A DNA stretch of 64,000 nt from Octopus sinensis (taxonomy: Eukaryota). The stretch lies in contig NW_021833274.1 of NCBI RefSeq assembly GCF_006345805.1, forward strand, positions 99,052 through 163,051, read 5' to 3'. The notes under the pieces were generated by a model. That model ran no database searches. It was not told the DNA's origin and saw only the letters and a list, made by a program, of their open reading frames with translations. Shown here one piece after another: positions 36,469 through 50,129 of this stretch. Each line of letters begins with the position of its first letter. Position 1 is the first letter of the stretch. The translations under genes were made by a program, and so were the position numbers.

Positions 36469-38532
36469 CAGGGTTGTTAGATTTAAATCATTTGATTTTA
36501 ATCAACAATAAAAATCAATGATTTAATCATTTAAAAAAATCAAAAAAATCAAAAAAATCATTTAAATTTTTTTAAATGTCTGGAAGAAAGCGTGATTCTT
36601 TGTGGGCTTATTTTGATAAACGTATTATTCCTGGAAAGACCGGAAGCCGTGCCAGATGTCGTAATTGTGGGAAGGACATACAAGGTCTTGTATCTCGGAT
36701 GAGGCAGCATCATTTATTATGTCGAAGTAATATTGATATCCCTGAAAATATGCCGAGACCTGAAAGCGAATTTCCTCCAAGGATGAAGGACCATTCATTA
36801 ATCAATTTCGTAACTACGACGACTTCATCTAAGAAAGATTTGATGGATCTGCAACTCGCTAGATACATATTTTCTACAAACACTCCGTTTGCTGCTGTAG
36901 AACATCCCGAATTTGTCAAATTCGTCCAAATGCTTCTTCCTGGGTATCGTTTACCCTCTCGTCATCAAATTGGTGGTACATTACTTGATCATGTGTACGA
37001 CCAAATACATGAAGACTGTCGACAAAGACTCCAGGACAAAACAGTGTCTATGATGTTGGACGGGTGGAGCAACATTCATAATGAACCCGTTATTTGTGTC
37101 TCGGTTGTGACATCAGATGGGGAAAATTATCTCATTGACACTGTGGACACTTCTGGATATAGCCACACTGCGGAATATCTTCAATCTGTTGCTTTAGCCT
37201 CCGCACAATTGGCTGAACAACGGTTTGGATGTAAAATCGGCAGTCTTGTAACGGATAATGCTGCCAACATGACTAAAATGAGACGGATAATGATGGAAGA
37301 TGGCAATGAAATAATTACTTATGGTTGCTCGGCACATTATCTCAACCTTCTTGTGAAGGATGTCGAGGTAGCGGACGTTAAAGGAACTATTGTAACAATC
37401 AATAAATATTTCCGAAACGTCCATCTTCCAGCTGCATGGTACAAATCTAATGGAGGAAAAAAACTCGTTCTTCCGATTGATGTACGGTGGAACACTTTAT
37501 CAGACTGTTTTCAATCTTATCTGGATAATTGGTCTATTATTTTGAGAACTTGTGAGGAACACAGAACGGATATTGATACAGAGATTTTTCCAAGGTCCAA
37601 AATATTTCCCAAACGACGCGTTGAAGAATATCTGATGCTTATTAAACCAATTGCTGTCGCTTTAGATAAAATTCAGAATGATTCTACCACGATTAGTCAT
37701 GCTGTAGAAATTTGGAAAGAACTTGAACAGACATATATTGACAATGGATGTACGAATATTTTAGGAAAAGTGAGAATTCGAGCAAAACAAGCATTAACAC
37801 CTTTCCACTTACTTGCGAATTTGATCGACCCGACATGTAGTGGGAAATCTATTTCAAATGTTGAGATTGACATTGCATTGAGTTATTGTGCTCAAAATTA
37901 TGAATATGCACTTCCGACTCTGATTAATTTCAGAGCAAAAGCTGATCCATTTAAACAATACATGTTTGCTCCGAATTTATTGAGTAAAGTATCACCTATA
38001 GCTTGGTGGGAGTCGAATTCATACCGTTACCTTCACAAGTAATTCACTATGCAAAAAAATTCTTGGAGCAGTTGCTTCGACAGGTGGAATAGAAAGAATC
38101 TTTTCAACATTCGGATTTCTACATTCAAATGTACGCAATAGGCTGGGGATCGAAAAAGCAGCCAAACTTGTTTCCATTTACAAGCTTTTAAATAAATAAA
38201 AACGATTTCCATTGTTTTTGTTTTTATTTAGTTCGCTTTGAAATATTTTTTATTTATTAACCCGAAGACCACAAAGAAAGAAAGCGTAATGCAAACTAGT
38301 TAAGTGATCCCGGTGGACATAAGGAACTACGATAGATCGTTCTGCGTGGCCGTTTTTCAGTGTTTATGTACAAAGAGAGAGGTTCTCTGATAAGCCAGGT
38401 GGAAAGGGTCGTTTTGAAATAAAGATCATTTAATTCAAAAAAATCGATTTAAATCAAAAAAATCGTGATTAAATCAAAAAAATCAGATTTTTTTGATTTT
38501 TTTGAAAAAAATCATGATTTTTAACAACCCTG
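36469..38532 (+). mobile_element. hAT transposon (Ac/ZBED-type), nearly full-length transposase, frameshifted near the C-terminus
   Basis: TIR cagggttgtta/taacaaccctg; TSD gtttttga (36461-36468 / 38533-38540); AAAATC subterminal arrays. ORF 36576-38042 has a BED finger, LDGWSN, VTDNAANM, CSAHYLNLL and VRWNT. The dimerisation motif ASTGGIERIFSTFG continues out of frame to ~38200. Confidence 0.93.
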
Positions 38533-38734
38533 GTTTTTGACCCTTTCCCGTCAGATTCTTGTCTCAATCTTATGAGGAGTCAACCCAACTTTGGGCAAAA
38601 AAATAAATACATATAGTACATTAAATGCCATATGCAATCAAAACTATAAGATTTAATTGATTAGTTGGTTTCTCATACAGTAAATAAATCACATAATCAG
38701 ACAGGGATAATAATGTAATCATTGAGAACTATAA

Positions 38735-40095
38735 TTATTATTATTTTAAGCCAAAAACAGAATCACCGTCTTAACCATTAACTAACGTGTTCAGGTGATT
38801 CCGACACTTCTCAACAGTCTAGCCATCTTTTCACGATGTTCAGACCGTGACCCACACACTTTCTGTATGTACGGTGAAATGCTTGTGGTCCATCTCCACG
38901 ATCCCTCCCACTTGCCTCTACAAGAGACTCCAGTGTTCGATGGACAATTTTCATGTCGGTATGGTCCTTCAGTATGTTTATGGATTTTTCTTGGATTTTC
39001 TCGATTTTTAATTGGTTCGTTGCCGCCAGGTTACAGCCCCAAGCAGCACATGCTAGCCTATTGTTGGCTCGATATACTGCTTGTAAAGGGTCTCTACCCC
39101 TGGCGGACAAGTTCTCCCACAGTTCGAAAGAAAGGCTTTCACAAAATTGATTTTCTTTATACAAGTTGACACGATCGATTCAACATGAGGTGAGAAACAG
39201 AGGAAAGTGTCAAACGTTACACCCAATATCTTCTGTGTTTTCTTTTGTGGTATTGGGACTCCATTCAGCGTGACTTCAATAGTTTTCGTCCCCATCTTCC
39301 TGTTTTTCGTGAATAGGGTGACTGGTGACTTTTCGGAACATGCATGTAGTCTGTTTTCATATAGCCATCCATATAATTCGTCCAGTATTCTTTGTAGTCT
39401 TCCTTCGCGTATTCGACATTTACATCCCTAGATGCGACAACTATGTCATCGGCATAGGAGAGTAGTATGTCATTATTATCCATAGGAACCGGGAGATCAT
39501 TCAGAAACAAGTTGAAGAGGGTCGGGGATAAAGGGAGAACCCTGGGGTACACCATTGGGCAATAAGCGTGATCTTGAACTCTCGTTCCCGACGCACACTT
39601 TCCCCCGACGTCCGCTCAAAAAATTCGCTATCCATAGCTTCATAGGTGTAGAAATATTTGTACCAAATATTTTTTGAATTAGGATCTTCCTTGGGACGGA
39701 GTCAAACGCTTTTTGAATGTCGATAGTGCATACAATTGATTTCTCCTGCAATTTCTTCTTTATGTGTCCTTCATTTATGAAATCTGTTAGTGTGGTAAGG
39801 AAGGAAGTCGTTGACAATCCTTCCTTGAATCCATGTTGGAATGTAGATTGTGGGAGGAAAGGGCGAATATGTTTTAGGACCAGTTTTTCCAAGATTCTTG
39901 ACAACACACATATAAGGGATACTGGTCTATAGGATCCGGGGTTGTTCTTCGGTCTTCCAGGTTTTAATATTGGCCGGATTTTTGATAGTTTCCATAAGTT
40001 CGGTATTGAGTTCGTGATTAATGACGTGTTATAGATCGTGATTAAAGCATTTATTGAAACAGGGCCCAAGTGTTTTAGTAGAATGAGTGGAATAA
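38735..40095 (-). mobile_element. 5'-truncated Jockey-like LINE (RT domain)
   Basis: SYRPVSLI, QHGFKEGLST, DIQKAFDSV, GVPQGS, LSYADD and QKILGVTFD across frameshifted ORFs; (TAA)n-like tail near 38735-38750. Confidence 0.85.
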
Positions 40096-40499
40096 CAACA
40101 AAAACACGTTATTATTAGTTATTATAAAATAAAATTCAAAAATTATAACTAAAAAATATATATAATATTAAATGCCTCATAACGGGGTTTATCTTATAAA
40201 GAATAAAGAGAAAAACTCCTTATAGAAATTCAAATTGCCCCAAAACCCGAGGGTGCCCCACGTCCGGGGTCGCCCCAATAAGGGGTATTATTATTATTTA
40301 AGCCAAACAAAATCCTTTAAGCCAGACAAGTTTTTTGATTCAGGGACAAGAAAAGGATTTCGTATCTTAAATATATTAAAAAACTAATAACCCAATCGAA
40401 TTTTCAATTTTTAAGTCTGGAAAATAAGAATCCATTTTGTTTTTCAAAATTATTAAATGTTCATTAATTAGTCCCTGTATCAAATCATCATTATTGGGG

Positions 40500-41180
40500 A
40501 AATATTGATGTCAGAAGGCCGGTTCATGACCACAGAAAATTCTAGCTGGACCACAAAATATGGCAGGTATTCGGAATAGCAGAAATCCGGGATATCAAAA
40601 ATGAAATAGCAGTGATGGCCTATGAGGTGAATAAGGACCAGATCATTTGGGCAGAAGTATAATCCGATTTTTAGGGAACTCTGGTATACCGAGTAGTCGG
40701 TTTAGAGGAGTTTGACTGTATTTCAATACAATTCAAAAAAATTCAAAGAAATATACAGAATAAACACGTACTTCTGGCAAGTAGCGAGAATATTTTCGTG
40801 TATGAGGATTCGAAATATCCCGTTTTTCTGCGACTTTTGAAAAACAAACCTGATCGAAAAATGGCGCAATAAAACCTCACAAATTTAAACCATAGGCTTT
40901 ACTAAAAAGACTATAAACATGATTAATATTGTATATCTGAAATATGCGCATCATATGAAAGACTCATCATGGAAACATTCGGGAAAAAAGTAATCATTTG
41001 CGCATAATTCATAAAAAAACTCATTAGAAAATGTACAAAGCATATGACAACATAAAAATCAAGTTATGCCTCTTAATGCTTCTTATTATGTTACATAAAT
41101 ACAACTAACGAAACTGCGAATAACACATGTGCAAAATTTATTTGATTAGTTTTATAAAAAAACTATGTAAAAATAATTTA
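40500..41180 (+). repeat. ~680-bp dispersed non-coding repeat, copy A, containing a Tc1/pogo-like terminus
   Basis: Colinear with 60665-61349. Includes tttagaggagtttgactg|TA, which reads CAGTCAAAC on the other strand. Confidence 0.8.
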
Positions 41181-41375
41181 GCATCTTAAAATGGTGAGAA
41201 GGGGTTATACCACTTCCTTGGGTTCATCTTGCTGCTCGTGGGGAGTTTTACTCCACAGGTTTGTCATCCACGACATCTGAATATTTTCCACCACGTCAAA
41301 AAGATTACGTGTATAAATATTTTAAAATTTTATATTAGAAAAAAAAGTCCGTAACGAATTAAATAAAGAATTAAG

Positions 41376-42628
41376 TCAATTTAAAGGTATATCATCTTCA
41401 AAAGGAACCTCATCAGGAACCTCATCAGGAACCTGTTCAGGACCAACCCTGCGAATCTTATAGTTCTTGTAAAGACCACTGACTAAGTCAGTCACACATA
41501 GATCCGTGGAATTATTAGAAATCATTTTCAAAGCAAAAACCCCATCTTTCATTAAAACATTTTCCACAAATTCTCTGAGAATAGAATATAAATCTCCTCA
41601 TCAAAAAGATCATCTCGAATGTGTTTTCTTATGTATTGAACACTGCTATTTGTAGACACCAAGTACCAACACCACTTGACAAGACTGTAAGCGTTGAAGC
41701 AGACTATCATGACCAGCCAGAACCAGTAGAAGCAAAAAATAGCCTCAGAGAATAAATTTATAGGAAGCACACATTGCACTGTGTAACGATGTCCTTTGAT
41801 TTCATATCCAATTTCCCGTACACGCATATCACAATAAGTGACCCTTGGAAAATAGTAAGAATCAGCATTTGGTTTCCCAGAATTAAATTTGTGGAGTAAT
41901 TGAATTCCATAGAAACCAATTTCCCCACTCGATAGCAGCATGTCTGTAAGAACGCACTGGGCAACTGTGTTGACAAAGTACATAATTTTTGTAAAAATAT
42001 ACAACCGACAGAGGTAACGGTCATATTTTTTACCGCCACAAAATAATTGCCATAATTTCTTTTATAATATCTAGCTTGTTTGATTTATCCCACCGCCTTC
42101 TCATGTCAAAATATCGGTTAAAATACTCCGTCATTAATTTAATGATCTCCTCTTTGTCCTCAGTGTTACCTGCGTCGATATACTTGTTTGCCGCTCTGAT
42201 CATGCTGTTAAGGTTAAGTCCGCTTTTCTCATTATTTGCTCTCCAAAATAGGCATGGGATTTGATAGAAAAGAGCCAATCCAAGCAGAATGAAAGGCATC
42301 CATTGATAATAGCGAAGTTGAGGTTTAAAATTTAAATTGTCGGTTTCAGGAATTTTTTGGTCCATGGGAATATGATATGTGTTTTTTACCCAGCAAAACT
42401 TTTCAGTATAAGTAACATAATCATCTTAATTAAAGAAATTATTTGGTACTAACATATAAATTGTGCTGGACACCAGCATTTGATTGGAGTTCTGACATAT
42501 TCATAAGACGTAACTACGACTGCAAATACAATCAGAAGCCAGGATGAATAAGTATGATTAAAACGATCAGTTCTGTCGTCGTCTGTTCGAGCATTTGCAA
42601 TGTTTCTGACTATGCCATACAACTCCAT
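41376..42628 (-). pseudogene. Innexin paralogue with two frameshifts (probable pseudogene)
   Basis: ATG 42628 MELYGIVRNIANARTDDDRTDRFNHTYS; intron 42425-42453; YYQWMPFIL and CVLPINLFSE. Short deletion at ~42040-42046 gives an immediate TAA, and there is an 11-nt insertion at 41583-41593 relative to the intact paralogue. Confidence 0.8.
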
Positions 42629-43657
42629 CTGATAACCAATCTACATTTGCCGCAAAATCTCATATATATTTGATAATAAATTTTTAATCTTAAAATAGAT
42701 ACGACAAATACTAGTATATGTGTTGCAAAAATAAATTTAGAACAAAATTGATTTTTTTGAAATTGAATATTAACATTAAAAAACATTTTTATGAATATGA
42801 ATTAAAAGTTATCTCGAAATTTTTATTTATCTGGATTTAGATTATTTTACCTTAAACAATTAGATAATCAAATTTTTCAAAAATCATATTTTTCAAAATT
42901 GTAATAATTAGAATACACTTATCGGGGAATCACTCTCGTAGTTGTTCCTACATGCAATTTAAAAGTAATATTAAGTCAAAAATGCTTTTCTTAGAGATTA
43001 TTTACAATAGTTTATTTTAAAAATTTATTTGTGGTTTCATATCTAATCTAAAAATAAAAAATTATATATTTTCATGTCAACAAAAATATGATATTGATAG
43101 TTTCTAGATGACAAAATTAATTAACGACAAAAACTGTTTCATACTAAGAGCATCACTTGAGAACAGCAAGTACTTGCTCTATGTTTATGAAGTTTTGCAA
43201 GACTGATCATCGGGAACTCAAGATGAGCAGCCCTCATAAAAACAATCTGCATCCAACTTAACTATTATTTGCAGTATTTTGTAATCACTCCAGCTTTTTT
43301 TGTCACGCAAATAATTTGATTATTATTAAAAGCACATTCACAGGACCAAAAAATGTAAATTAACTAAAATCCCGTTTCGAAATTCTATTCATCTGATTTC
43401 TTTATCGGTATTTGTTCCTTGCTTCTGCTCTTAGTTCTTCTAGGTTTTTCGCACATTTAAGTTTTCTTCCAAATCATTAAGATCATTGTTTAGAGCAACG
43501 GGAATGGCGACTCTAGGTCTTTCTCTGAACAATGTTTTGTTTTCTATTTAAATATTTTGATGTTCACCATTAAAGAAGAGTGATCAGTAGTTTGTTAATC
43601 AAAAAATGAAAATTTAACAATAAACAAAATAAAGTTTAAATTAACAAAAGTATACAG

Positions 43658-44568
43658 CGGGGGTGTCAAAGATACGGCCCGCGGACGATCTCAAATGGCC
43701 CGCGGTAAAAGTTTAAAAGTGTATTTAAAATCTAAAATTATTATTTAACTCCAAATAAAAATACAAGAATTTAGATTCTAGAATATAAATAAAAATACAA
43801 AAATTATTACTTAAAAAATAATTAATTGTTTTTTGGATTTATATTATTCTAATTGTTTCTCTTGTCTTGTACTGATGCCTTTTTCAACAAAGCGCAAAGT
43901 TGATACAGAATGCAGATCTTTTCAAAAAAAGTGGAACCTGGAATATTTCTTTGCCGATTTAAATCGTAAACCTACTTGTTTGGTCTGTAGACAAGAAATT
44001 TCAGTTGTCAATGAATATAACATTCGACGACATTACCAAACCTACCATGCTCATGAATACAATAATTTGATGGGAAAAATTAGAAAAGAGAAGAAATTGA
44101 TTTGAAATGTGACTCAGATCTGAAGAATAAATTTACCATGGTGGGCTTAGACACCTTTTATAAATATCTCCTGCCGAAGTATCCCAACTTAACAGCCTTA
44201 GCTGAGAAAATCTTGTCAATGTTTGGAAGTACATATCTATGTGAACAACTTTTTTTTTAATGAACATAAACAAAACAAAATTTCGATCAAGGCTCACCCA
44301 CACTCATCTGAGTGAGATTCTAAGATTGACGGTAACTCAGGATTTCACTCCAGATATTGACGCTATTATGAAGAAAAAAAGATGTCAAGTTTCTGGAACA
44401 TATTTTAATTATAAAAATTAATAAATTTGTTGTTAAATGATTTTAAATTAAAATTATAAATTATAAATCGTAGTACGAATTTTGTTAAATCAAAAATAAA
44501 TAGTCTGGCCCGCGGAGCCTAAAATTTTTTTAATCCGGCCCGCGGAAGAAATGAGTTTGACACCCCTG
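43658..44568 (+). mobile_element. hAT SPIN/GTF2IRD2-like deletion derivative
   Basis: TIR c(g/a)ggggtgtcaaa; TSD gtatacag (43650-43657 / 44569-44576). N-terminal KRKVDTECRSFQKKW...CLVC fused at ~44095 to C-terminal IDLKCDSDLKNKF...MFGSTYLCEQ. Confidence 0.92.
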
Positions 44569-45579
44569 GTATACAGTAACACAAAAACGAGAACAAAAGT
44601 AAAGAACTAATGTTTTCTTTGATCTTATTTATTTTTAATGATTTTGTCAAATTTTAGCATTTTGTTGATAATGACAATACGAATGTCATGTTCATGATTA
44701 TGGCGATTTTTTTATTTAGTTTTAATTACCAAAAGAGAGCTGAATCCTGACTCACATAGGTATGTCGTTGCAAATGGAATAATATACTTTGAACAGGATG
44801 GACAACCTGCATCGGAGAGGCAGACGTCCGATGGACAGAACATCATTCTTGTCATTGCAAAAGATACTGAGTGCATGATCCGGAAAGACTAGGTTAAATC
44901 TGTTTTTTCCCAAGAGCAGAAATGGGGGGCCTACCTTGCTTCAGTGCTTCAGTCAACGATTTAGTTCGAACTTATCGTTGAATGCACTGAAGAAGCTGGT
45001 CAAGATCTCCCTTCCTGGCTCGTGGGGGAGAACTGGCGCTGCGGTTACGCCGACAGGATTCCACTCGTGTTCTGAACAAGAACATCAGAGTAACGATAAC
45101 TCACTACTCTTGCAGGTTAATGAGATATTTGGTAGGCATATCTCTACGAATCGTGTTGTCCTCCTTGTGGACCGCAAAGTGACCCAAAAGATATCTCGGT
45201 GGCAACTCAGGATTTTTGGACCGCAGAAACATTTTTCGTAATTTATGTTAGTCTAATTATATATAATTTTTAAAATTAGTGTCCTGAGGTCTTGGGTCTA
45301 CTTTACTTAAGCCGAGCAATTTATCCAAAAATATTTCATCGTGCTTGAAAACCTTTTATCAAATCAGTACGAAAAATTCTTTTGCAAAGAAATCCATAGG
45401 ATGGAGAGTAATACCTTGTCGTACAGATATCATTTCTAACATGCTCGGAAGTTCTCAACTTCACATTCTGAAACATATCTCACATAAAATGATACTGTTA
45501 GAGGACAAATAAATCAATTCCCTGAGAATATTTTGTCAATTTTAATTAACAAGATTAAGTCGAGGAAAAATCCCCAAAT

Positions 45580-46030
45580 GTTATTGGCATACATTTCTTG
45601 TTTTGCCGTCGTGCATTGATGAAGAAAACAATGCCTAATGATCCAAAAAATGTTATGAATTTCATGATAAAAACGATAAGTTATATTAAACGAAACACCC
45701 AATTCGCCTATTTGCTGAATTATGCAAAGAAAATGACTCTGGATTTAAGACTCTTTTATTGCTTTCAAAAGTTATTAAAGAGAGCATTTATATTACGAAA
45801 AGAAATACAAGAATTTCTTAAAGACGTCAAACTAACTGTTTAACAAGAAAGGAATTCGAGAGAAACAGTTAGTAATAAAGCGGAGAAAATGTGTTTCCAA
45901 TTTTATGGTGATTTGAAACATGAAACAAACTACTGACTGAAAAAAGCGGGAATTCTGCAGGTTATTAATTTAAAGAAAACACATATGGCTACTGTCGCAG
46001 AATTCTTATCTCTAAAAATTCAATACTGGA
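45580..46030 (+). mobile_element. Degenerate Buster-type hAT transposase remnant
   Basis: RRALMKKTMPNDPKNVMNFMIKTISYIK...LLKRAFILRKEIQEFL resembles the hAT HREAL...VNYIK...RVFELR.EI..FL segment. Confidence 0.55.
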
Positions 46031-46039
46031 AATGTAAAT

Positions 46040-46340
46040 GAATTGACAATAAAGAATCTGATAAACATCCAACGTGAACATTTACGGAAAAAAGAAACCC
46101 TTTCACTCTATTTTGTGCAATGTCTGAAGAATACTGAAGTTGATGTAATGAATCTTGTGAATGGCTAATCCATGCAAACATTTACCTTCAGACTGAAGAA
46201 AGCCTGTGCCTGCTGCAAGACGGAAACTTGTTTTTTAATATCAAAGAAAATAAATGTAGCCACTACAACTCATCCAAAGAGATCGTTAATCACCTTGCTA
46301 CCAGGTGTGTGGGAATGCTTTACGACCTCCTAAATCGGGA
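46040..46340 (+). mobile_element. R4/Dong-like zinc-finger fragment
   Basis: QTEESLCLLQDGNLFFNIKENKCSHY...IVNHLATRCVGML parallels EALYCLAQDRNLFF...VDHLATRCSRML at 21.05-21.17 kb. Confidence 0.7.
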
Positions 46341-46621
46341 GACCTTTCAGTATAATTTCCGATGGCTGCAGTTTATTTTGAGTGATTTTGTGTCCATTTA
46401 TCCCAAATAACAACTTTGAGTTTAGGTCCTTTTAAAAAGAAAGGGCATATCCCTTTTTTAGAGAATTTAAACTGCATGTATTCTTTAACAGATTTTTCCA
46501 TTTAATAAAACACAAATTTTCATCAAAGAATCTACACTAAAAATAGCCCGGGATAAATATTTGATTTAAAAGTCCACAAAGAATAAAGTCAATTTAAAGA
46601 AATAAAAGTTTTATCATGAAC

Positions 46622-47810
46622 TTATTCAGAGGGAAGCCTGCGAATCTTATAGTTCTCGAAGATAGAACTGACTAGGTCAGTCACCAAAGGATCCGTGGAG
46701 TTATTAGAAATTATTCTAATGGCAAAAACCCCATCTTGCATTAAAAAATCCTTCACAAAGTCCCTCAAATTTCCTTGATCAACAAGATCATCTCGAATGT
46801 GTTTTCTTATGTATTGAACACTGCTATTCGTAGACACAAAGTACCAACACCACTTGACTAGACTGTACACGTTGGAACAGACCATTATGACTAGCCAGAA
46901 CCAGTAGAAGCCAAAAATGGCCTCAGAGAACAAATTTATAGGAAGCACACACTGCACTGTGTAACGATGTCCTTTGATTTGGTATCCCAGTTCCCGTATA
47001 TGAACGTCACAATAAGTGCTTTTGGGAAAATAGTTAGAAACTTCATAAGATTTCCCGTATTTAAAGTTGTGGAGTAAACGAATTCCGTAAAAACTAATTG
47101 CCCCATTCGATAGCAAAATGTCTGTGAGTATGCACTGAGCGACCGTGTTGACAAAGTACATACATTTTGTTAAGATGTACAACCAACTGAGGTAGCGGCC
47201 ATATTTTTTACCTCCACAACAAAATGTAATGGCCATAAGTTCTTTTATAATATCTACTGTTTTTTCTTCATTCCTCCGCTTTCTCATTTCAAAATATTGT
47301 TGAAAATGCATCGTAGATAATTTAACAAACCTATCTCTGTCCCCAGTGTTACCTGCTTCAATATACTTGTTTGCCACTCTGATCATGCTGTCAAGGCTCA
47401 TTCCACTTTTCTCATTATTAGCCCTCCAAAATAGGCATGGAATTTGATAGAGAAAGGCCAATCCAAGCAGGATAAAAGGCATCCATTGATAGTAGTTAAG
47501 TTGAGGCTTGGAATCAAGGTCTTCGGTTTCAGGAATATATTGGTCCATAGGGATATAATATGTGTTTTTCACCCAGCATATATCATTAGTATATGCAACA
47601 TAATTAACTTAATTAAAGAATTAATTGGTACAAACATGTAAATTGTGCTGGACACCAACACTTGATTGGGGTTCCGATATATTGATAAGTCGATACTACG
47701 ACTGTGAATAAAATCAGAAGCATTGACGAATAAGTATGATTGAGACGATCAGTCCTGTCGTCGTCTGCTCGAACATTTACACTGTAGTAGACTATGTCAT
47801 ACAAATCCAT
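46622..47810 (-). CDS. Innexin (gap-junction / hemichannel protein), intact, 2 exons
   Basis: MDLYDIVYYSVNVRADDDRTDRLNHTYSS...PIKCWCPAQFT; 28-nt intron 47608-47635; then NYVAYTNDICWVKNTYY, YYQWMPFILL, FPKSTYCD, CVLPINLFSEAIFGFYWFW and QDGVFAIRII. Four hydrophobic segments and conserved extracellular cysteines. Confidence 0.93.
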
Positions 47811-49149
47811 CTGATAGGCAATCTACATTGCGGCAAAATCTTATATATATTTGATAATAAACTTTTAATCTTAAAATAGATACGACAAATACTAGTATAT
47901 GTGTTGCAAAAATAAATTTTAAGCAGATTTGAATTATTTGAAATCCAATAAAAACATTAAAAAACATTTTTATAAAAATGAATAAAAAAGATATCTCAAA
48001 AATTATCTGAATTTAGATCATTTTTACCCTCAAAGGATTAAATGATAGACTTTTCCCAGATTCATATTTAATTTAAAGATTCTAATAATTAGAATACACT
48101 TATTGGGGAATCATTTCTGTAAGTTGTTCCTACCTACAATTAAAAAGTAATATAAGGTCAACAAATGCTTTTTAAAAAATTATTTACACTAGTTATTTGC
48201 CTTTAAAAATTTATTTGTGGTTTTATATCTAATCTAAAATTAAAAAAATGTATTTTCATATAAACAAAAATGTAAAACTGCTAGTTTTTACATTACCAAT
48301 TTAATCAACGACAAAATGACTGTTTCATATTAAGAGCATCACCTGGGTACAGCGAGTACTTGCTCTATATTTATGGAGTTCTTCAAAACTGATCATCGCG
48401 AACTCAAGGTGAGCAGCCTTCTTAAAAATTTGACTGCATCAAATTTATCTATCAGTTGCAGTATTTGGTGAGCACTTCGATTCGTTTTATTGCAAAAAGA
48501 ATTGCATAGACTTTATGAAATTTCCTCCACCTGTTTGTCTGAAAACCTTAATTATAAATGGATTTCGATAATAGACCGGATAAAGCCAGTTTATGAACCA
48601 ATTTAAAGACTCGTTTTTTTTAAATAAATTTTTCCTATTATATGGCTTTGTGATTTCTCAGTTTTCACTCATTTATATTTCCCATTGTGACCTGGAGTTT
48701 CAAATATCAAAAAAGATGGTCACAGTAGATATGGATGGTAACTCTGACCCACGGAGATCTATCTCTAGCAAATATTTCAACTCACGTGAGACTGTCCGTT
48801 GACGAATGTTTAGGGATACTTACACTAGAAGACTTGCTTAAACAATGACAAATAATAAATTTTAAGTGAGAGACAAGCATACTTTTCCTGTAAATGAATA
48901 GCCATCCATGAAGCCTGCTTTCATCCTACTGTAAAAAGCTACGGGACATGAGAGCGATTAGGATCTAAAGAATGAATGCGACCCTCAGTGGTAGCGAGGC
49001 ATTAAAAGAAAAGGCTAACAGGTTGAATACAAGCCGTTAAACGATTCGTCAATAATTTGTAATGAAAAAATCAAAAAGTGATTCTGATTCATCAATTTCC
49101 GGGGAAGGTTCTTTAGTATTTTGTTAAGTGATAATCTCCAGATGGCCCT

Positions 49150-50100
49150 TGTGAAGATTAGGTCGTATATTAATGCTGATCTTTTTTTCTGTTGCCCAAG
49201 AAAATTTTCAACAGAGTTTTTTCCAGATCTGCACAGGTAGCACGTATTTTCTTTTTGTCGACGGTTTTACAAAGATTATGAGCCGGGTGGTAAACAGTCC
49301 AGGATTCATCTAAAAGTAGAGCCCACGCATTTAAGATGGTCAGCAATAGGCAGGATTTTTGTTTCATAATGGAGGTGCTCAATAAGGGAAGATTTTAAAC
49401 ATCCGGTTATCTTTTTAAGCCAAGCATTGTAAATTCTCAAGAGACGGAGACAAGAAAGGGTAGGCATAGTTCATTGTAATTTAAATAAAGTTTTTGTATA
49501 TCAGTTTTAAACTTTCCTTTGCTTATCAAACAAAATAATCAGAGACTGCAAGTAGTGGATGCAGCTTGCGCCTGGCTTTAGTAAATATTGTATTCATGTG
49601 GGTAGAGAAACTTCGAGATTGATTATAAGTGAAACCCAAAAATTTGGGGATTTTTTTGTGAGTAAACGATTTCCAAATATAAAGAGTGATGGTTTATGGT
49701 TGAGTTCACGTTTGTTGGTCGTGAAGAGTGTTGCGGTTGATTTAGATAGTGAGATGGATAATTGTTGTTTGGATGAATTGTTTGTATATCAGTTTAGATA
49801 GTTGTTGTTTATATAAATTGCAAGTAGTTGGTGGCCTTTTATAGATTGCTATTTCTTGATTCAATGATTATGTTGTCTGCGTATAAGAATAGTAATGTAT
49901 TCTTGGTGACTGGTGCTTCACTTAAATGGAAGTTGAAAAGAGCTGGCAATAGAACTGAGCTTTGCATGACTCCATTCGGTAAGTATCAGCAGAAGGACGT
50001 GTATCTTCTGACCCAATAAAAAAAGTTGTTAGCTAACATTTAGGGTTGTTGAAATCAGTCATAGCAAATTTATACTCAGAACATGTCTTGAAGTGCGATC
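49150..50100 (-). mobile_element. Degenerate LINE RT remnant
   Basis: Minus strand gives PNGVMQSSVLLPALFNFHL...LFLYADNII, resembling the RT at 39.3-39.6 kb. Confidence 0.6.
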
Positions 50101-50129
50101 GCCCTAGTGATAACATCAAAATTCGGTAA

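Noticed and set aside
44760-45300. GC-richer patch, possibly a retroelement relic
   Set aside because: No RT or endonuclease motif could be identified with confidence.
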